Assembly (NCBI GenBank): GCA_903860135.1 | Contig: CAIOPG010000008.1 | Span: 64,127 to 128,126 of the forward strand | Reading direction: 5' to 3' | DNA length: 64,000 nt | From: Candidatus Omnitrophota bacterium | Lineage (GTDB): Bacteria > Omnitrophota > Gorgyraeia > Zapsychrales > Fredricksoniimonadaceae | Shown: positions 60,469 through 64,000 of the stretch, in pieces | Position numbering within the stretch: position 1 is the stretch's first letter | Layout: each line of letters starts with the position of its first letter | Program-made: the position numbers and the translations under genes | The notes under the pieces: generated by a model | Seen by the model: the letters and a program-made list of their open reading frames with translations, nothing else | Told to the model about the DNA's origin: nothing | Database searches by the model: none

Positions 60469-61078
60469 GGCTGGCCTTCTCTTTCCTGACATCCTCGACC
60501 GCAAGCCCGTAAGGATTGCGCGTCGTTGGCGTGATCCGCCGGACAGCCACCGTGAAACGCACGGCTTCACCTGACATTTCTTCCTTGCCCATGTAGATCC
60601 GGCGCTCGCCCTCAAAAACAACCGTAAAACCCACCGCTTGCGCCTCACACTGCGGCACGCCTTTCAGCGTGAATACCGACGACAATCTGTCGCGGGCGAT
60701 CTTTTCAAGCTCGGCCTTCAACCCCGCCTGGATCCTGGCCGTGAACCCGGGCATGACCAGGGTGAGCGCCCGCTGATAAACGCTTTCGGCGGTGTCGGGG
60801 GTATAATTCATCCAGTCCAGGATCCAGGCCGCCGTGAAACTGCTCACCGACGGCAAAGGCACCTGTCCCGGGTAGGATAGTCCCGCCGCGGGCATGGCCG
60901 GAATATAATGAATAGGCTTGGGGCGCAGGGCTGTCATCACCAGGGCCGCCGCCAGCACCACACTGACCAACCCCAAAACAAAAACAGCCCCTGCCAGCAC
61001 CGCGCGCTGTTGTTCCGCCTGGGCGTAGCGTTCAAAATACAGGGAACTTTTGGATCTCACCGCCTTCTCCTGACTCAT
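60455..61078 (-). CDS. traE: TraE/VirB8-like bitopic protein
   Basis: N-terminal TM VLAGAVFVLGLVSVVLAAALVM followed by a periplasmic domain; F-type gene order. Confidence 0.5.
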   Translation of the reverse strand: MSQEKAVRSKSSLYFERYAQAEQQRAVLAGAVFVLGLVSVVLAAALVMTALRPKPIHYIPAMPAAGLSYPGQVPLPSVSSFTAAWILDWMNYTPDTAESVYQRALTLVMPGFTARIQAGLKAELEKIARDRLSSVFTLKGVPQCEAQAVGFTVVFEGERRIYMGKEEMSGEAVRFTVAVRRITPTTRNPYGLAVEDVRKEKASHDPS

Positions 61079-61368
61079 GCCGCCTCCTTAAGGAATGCCC
61101 CGTAACGTTCTCCGTGCGCAGGTACCGGCGGCAAAAGTCCAGGCAGTGGTACGCCTGCCCGGTACAAGGCATGCGCCACATACCCTTCTGGCTTGCCCCG
61201 CTTGAAGGCGACGAGCGCCGGCCAGACCGCAAAGATCAGGATCAACGGGATCGCCGGAGAGATCAGGATCGCCGGCACCCCGAACAAGAGCATCAGCACC
61301 GCGATATCCTCCCCTTCGAGCCCGAGGATCAGCAAAGGCTTGTCAATGGTCTTGGGGCAATGCCGCAT
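61075..61368 (-). CDS. traL: TraL/VirB3-like small membrane protein
   Basis: 97 aa; LILGLEGEDIAVLMLLFGV resembles the TraL family. Confidence 0.5.
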   Translation of the reverse strand: MRHCPKTIDKPLLILGLEGEDIAVLMLLFGVPAILISPAIPLILIFAVWPALVAFKRGKPEGYVAHALYRAGVPLPGLLPPVPAHGERYGAFLKEAA

Positions 61369-61371
61369 CTG

Positions 61372-61686
61372 TCACCGCCCGAACACGTTTAAGATCTGCG
61401 GTAAAAAAACCAGGGCCAGCAAGGCGATCACACACCCCACCGCCGTGCCATAATCCCGGTTGATGATCTTCCATATACCGACGAGAAGCAGTACCAGCGC
61501 GATGATCTTGGCCACCGGCCCGGTCATGACCGTCACGATGAATTTCGACAGGTTGTCAAACTGTTGCTTTGTTTCATCTTCGATCCCGGATGCCTGGGCC
61601 CATGCCCGGGTGACCACCCCCATCACAACCACCGCCCCCGCACTCACGCGTAACAAGATCCGCTCCCCGACTTTGATATACCTCAT
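61372..61686 (-). CDS. conjugative pilin (TraA/VirB2/PFL_4701-like)
   Basis: About 104 aa: a signal-like segment plus two hydrophobic helices (KIIALVLLLVGIW, VGCVIALLALVFL). The track ORF is over-extended upstream in a Gly-rich out-of-context frame. Confidence 0.45.
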   Translation of the reverse strand: MRYIKVGERILLRVSAGAVVVMGVVTRAWAQASGIEDETKQQFDNLSKFIVTVMTGPVAKIIALVLLLVGIWKIINRDYGTAVGCVIALLALVFLPQILNVFGR

Positions 61687-62906
61687 GCCTGCCCCCTTGT
61701 TGAATGGCATCTGTTGAGAACCAAAAGAAATACCCCCAGCCCTGCCAGCGGCAACACCAAGACCGCGGTCGCCGTTATCACATTCACCACCGGCGACAAC
61801 CACAGCGCCGTACTCCCCGGCATCGCCGGCAACAGGAACAATACCCCCGCCGCCTTGGCCGCCAAGACCCACAAGACTGTCCAGCCTTTCACCGCCAGCA
61901 ACAACCCCAGCCATAACGCCAGTGCCCCCGCCGCACGGCATAAGAGTGCCGCCACCATAACCACAGGCAAGGCCACCCATAAACACAGCAGGCACAATCC
62001 TTGCGCCGCAGGATAAAACCGCACGATCACCCAGGCAAAGGCATCGAGCACGCCCGGTGCCCCCGCTTCAACCGCGACCTGCTGGGGTGCCCCATAAGCA
62101 AAGCGCGTATACGCTTGCGGTCTCAACCGCATTTCCTGTTCGAGCAAGGCCTGCACCACCGCATCCTTGTCGATCACCGCGCCGTAAAACCGCTCGAACA
62201 TCCGGTCAAAGATCTTTTCCTGGTTCACACAACCATACAACGCATCACGTAACACGCCCCAGCGTGCCCGGGCGTCTTCCTTATACACAGCCACCACCCG
62301 CTTATCCCCCGGCCACAGGCCCACGGTCTCAACATCCAATCCGCGCACGGCTTTCCAGTAATCCTGCTGATAGAACCTGGCCGCGGCATCGCTCAACGCA
62401 CGATCCGTGATCCCCCGCCCGATGATCGCGCGCGTGATCAGCGACACCTTGACCGCCAGGAACGGACTCGCCAGATACCCCCGCGCACCGCCGCCCTTCC
62501 CCATCCGGTCAACGACCGCCGCCACGCCCGTGACCAGCGCGTCAACGCCCCGGCTGACCGCAAAGAAAACCGGATTAACCACCACCGCGTCATATCCACC
62601 CTTCTTTATCAGTTCCGCCGCGCTCAAGCCCTGATACCCGTTGCGTTCCATGGCTGACACAGGCGCCACGACCGTTGCCCGCGGCTGAACCCCCAGGAAC
62701 CACACCCCAAAGAAGGCAACCACAAACACCATAACCCCCTTAAAATTTCCCCTCTCTAACCCCCTGGCAAGCCCGAGGATAAAACCCAGCGCAAAAATAA
62801 CTTTCCCGCCGAGCGTCTCTACAAAAATAAACCGCATCAACGCCTGCGCCTCGTGCAAGCCCATCATTTCAAATGCCGCATCGACCGGTGTGATCCCCAA
62901 GATCAT
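61683..62906 (-). CDS. polytopic membrane protein, first gene of T4SS/T4P operon (VirB6/TraG-N-like?, tentative)
   Basis: Multiple TM helices throughout. A GGAGAGAGGGG SD lies before the ATG at 62906. Confidence 0.4.
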   Translation of the reverse strand: MILGITPVDAAFEMMGLHEAQALMRFIFVETLGGKVIFALGFILGLARGLERGNFKGVMVFVVAFFGVWFLGVQPRATVVAPVSAMERNGYQGLSAAELIKKGGYDAVVVNPVFFAVSRGVDALVTGVAAVVDRMGKGGGARGYLASPFLAVKVSLITRAIIGRGITDRALSDAAARFYQQDYWKAVRGLDVETVGLWPGDKRVVAVYKEDARARWGVLRDALYGCVNQEKIFDRMFERFYGAVIDKDAVVQALLEQEMRLRPQAYTRFAYGAPQQVAVEAGAPGVLDAFAWVIVRFYPAAQGLCLLCLWVALPVVMVAALLCRAAGALALWLGLLLAVKGWTVLWVLAAKAAGVLFLLPAMPGSTALWLSPVVNVITATAVLVLPLAGLGVFLLVLNRCHSTRGQA

Positions 62907-62943
62907 AACCCCTCTCTCCACGTGTACGCCCATCAACCAGAGA

Positions 62944-62988
62944 TTTGATTTATAATCAAAATATAAACCATCGTTGCACGAAAAGCAA
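62944..62988 (-). promoter_or_regulatory. promoter of T4SS/T4P operon with an overlapping palindromic operator
   Basis: The minus strand reads TTGCTT-N17-TATATT (-35 at 62988..62983, -10 at 62965..62960). A perfect palindrome TTTGATT-tat-AATCAAA (62944..62960) spans the -10/+1 region. Confidence 0.5.
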
Positions 62989-63027
62989 GTTTTATTTTGA
63001 TATTACATCAAAACAAACCCCAAGGAA

Positions 63028-63050
63028 AAACCCCGCTCGTCGGGGATAAT
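63028..63050. terminator. bidirectional terminator hairpin
   Basis: AAAAA-CCCCG-ctcgt-CGGGG-ataATAAAAAA. Confidence 0.5.
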
Positions 63051-63065
63051 AAAAAAGTATATGTT

Positions 63066-63097
63066 TAAAAAGCCCGCGCGATGACCCGCACGGGCTT
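63066..63097 (-). terminator. rho-independent terminator of gene 63125..63964
   Basis: The minus strand reads GCCCGTGCGGG-tcat-CGCGCGGGC followed by TTTTT, a 9-bp stem with one G.U pair. Confidence 0.6.
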
Positions 63098-63124
63098 TCA
63101 AGTACGTCCAATACCGCTACGCGC

Positions 63125-63964
63125 TTACGGCGTTATCAGGCCCTGCAACAGGCTGGCGCCGACAGGCTGTATGCTCAGGATCTCGGGCACAAGGCCGTCG
63201 ATCCGTATATTCTCCAGATTCTGCTGGCTCACCGGCAAAACCACCCCGGCCCCATCACGCTTGATCTGCATGTCAAGGTTCGACTGCGCAAAGTCGATAC
63301 CACCTTTTAAATCTTGACTATTATCATGGTTAGTCGTGAATTTGTTATGTTTATCCTGCTCAATAAGTTGTTTCGCTGTGTTACCTTTCAACATTCCCTC
63401 AATATAGGGCCTGACACGAAAATATTCATTCGAGTCTTTTTCAAAAATGGCCTTAAGTGCCACACCCACACGATAATTCAGACTATCTATCTGAACTGTT
63501 GGAAAATGATCCAAGAATGGCGTCATGCTGATAACATGCAACGCCATGGCGCGTCCATTCCCACGCTTAAAATCCTCTTCCATTGCTGTATTAAAACGAG
63601 CAAATATCCCATTTAAATAATTTTCAGTTATCGCGCTCGCCTGATCGACCTTAAAAGAAATAACAACAGGATTCATTTGAAAGTCTGGATTGCCTATAAC
63701 TTCTAAACTCTTAACATCCCAATTCATGGCATCAGCAAATATTTTCGTATAGTTTCTTACGTCGCCATTATCGACAAATGGCATCGATACCGTAATAACC
63801 TGTCGATCATTTGATGTTATTTTTATCCTTTTATAGATCGTTGCATTGATATTGTTAATATTCCTTTCATTTTCTAAGCTATGCTTTAGAATATAGATCG
63901 TTGCATTGATATTGTTAATATTCCTTTCATTTTCTAAGCTATGCTTTAGAATAAAAGCATGCAA
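63125..63964 (-). CDS. protein with AT-rich N-terminal region and conserved GC-rich C-terminal domain shared with the giant protein; possibly 5'-incomplete at window edge
   Basis: The C-terminus GGIDFAQSNLDMQIKRDGAGVV...GLVPEILSIQPVGASL aligns with the C-terminus of ORF 6239..10021. GC drops sharply at ~63310. It contains an in-frame 60-bp tandem duplication. Confidence 0.5.
   Translation of the reverse strand: MHAFILKHSLENERNINNINATIYILKHSLENERNINNINATIYKRIKITSNDRQVITVSMPFVDNGDVRNYTKIFADAMNWDVKSLEVIGNPDFQMNPVVISFKVDQASAITENYLNGIFARFNTAMEEDFKRGNGRAMALHVISMTPFLDHFPTVQIDSLNYRVGVALKAIFEKDSNEYFRVRPYIEGMLKGNTAKQLIEQDKHNKFTTNHDNSQDLKGGIDFAQSNLDMQIKRDGAGVVLPVSQQNLENIRIDGLVPEILSIQPVGASLLQGLITP
63834..63953. 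repeat. perfect 60-bp tandem duplication (2 copies) inside a CDS
   Basis: TAGATCGTTGCATTGATATTGTTAATATTCCTTTCATTTTCTAAGCTATGCTTTAGAATA x2, in-frame, which duplicates the peptide ILKHSLENERNINNINATIY. Confidence 0.9.
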
Positions 63965-64000
63965 AATGATGGGCGAAAGTTATCCAGAGAAGTTCAGGAA

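Noticed and set aside
45346-62936. Recently acquired mobile genomic island (ICE)
   Set aside because: The GC content and codon style are indistinguishable from the flanking housekeeping genes. There is no integrase, tRNA attachment site or direct repeats at 45.3 kb. The right boundary cannot be judged because the window ends.
63834-63953. Possible CRISPR array
   Set aside because: There are only two identical 60-bp units directly abutting with no spacers, they sit inside a coding frame, and there are no cas genes. This is a tandem duplication, not CRISPR.

Overview
This 64 kb window of high-GC (~60%) bacterial chromosome is read almost entirely on the minus strand. The left two thirds (0.3-45 kb) are housekeeping operons: a sugar transporter, accD, a heat-shock cluster hrcA-grpE-dnaK-dnaJ plus an N-domain-less clpB carrying a CIRCE box, hflX-miaA, and a long translationally coupled array purB-purC-purSL-LOG-purQ-purM-purD-purE-tsaC/PTP-rpiB-glyA-nrdR-cca. 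Between these operons sit several type II toxin-antitoxin modules (a MazF module, a DUF4160/DUF2442 pair, phd-vapC, a second vapBC and an orphan BrnA-like gene). The right third (45.3-63.0 kb) is a single co-directional ~17.6 kb operon that combines an F/G-type conjugation-like type IV secretion system (T4SS) backbone (TraA-like pilin, TraL, TraE, TraK, TraB, lipoprotein, TraC/VirB4, ... TraU, TraH-like) with a complete R64-like type IVb pilus module inserted between traC and traU. That pilus module contains a secretin, assembly proteins, a GspE-like ATPase, a GspF-like platform protein, class-III prepilins, and a minor pilin fused to a phage tail-collar domain. No relaxase, coupling protein or integrase is seen in the window. 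The cluster GC matches the host, so it looks resident rather than recently acquired. Three proteins share a conserved ~55 aa C-terminal domain: a 1260-aa secreted giant (6.2-10.0 kb), a collapsed paralog locus (22.7-23.9 kb), and a 279-aa protein directly upstream of the T4SS/T4P operon. The giant and the 279-aa protein have a mosaic build, with GC-rich conserved ends and an AT-rich (~40% GC) core that looks swapped in; the paralog locus shares the same N-terminal module but has no protein-coding core. This looks like an undescribed modular secreted-protein family that may be linked to the neighbouring hybrid machine. Other points of note are an ~88 bp promoter module duplicated at 4.1 and 5.5 kb, a strongly signalled 37-aa Lys/Ala-rich small protein, an operator palindrome on the T4SS promoter, and a perfect 60-bp in-frame tandem duplication at the window edge. 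No rRNA, tRNA, CRISPR array or transposase was found.
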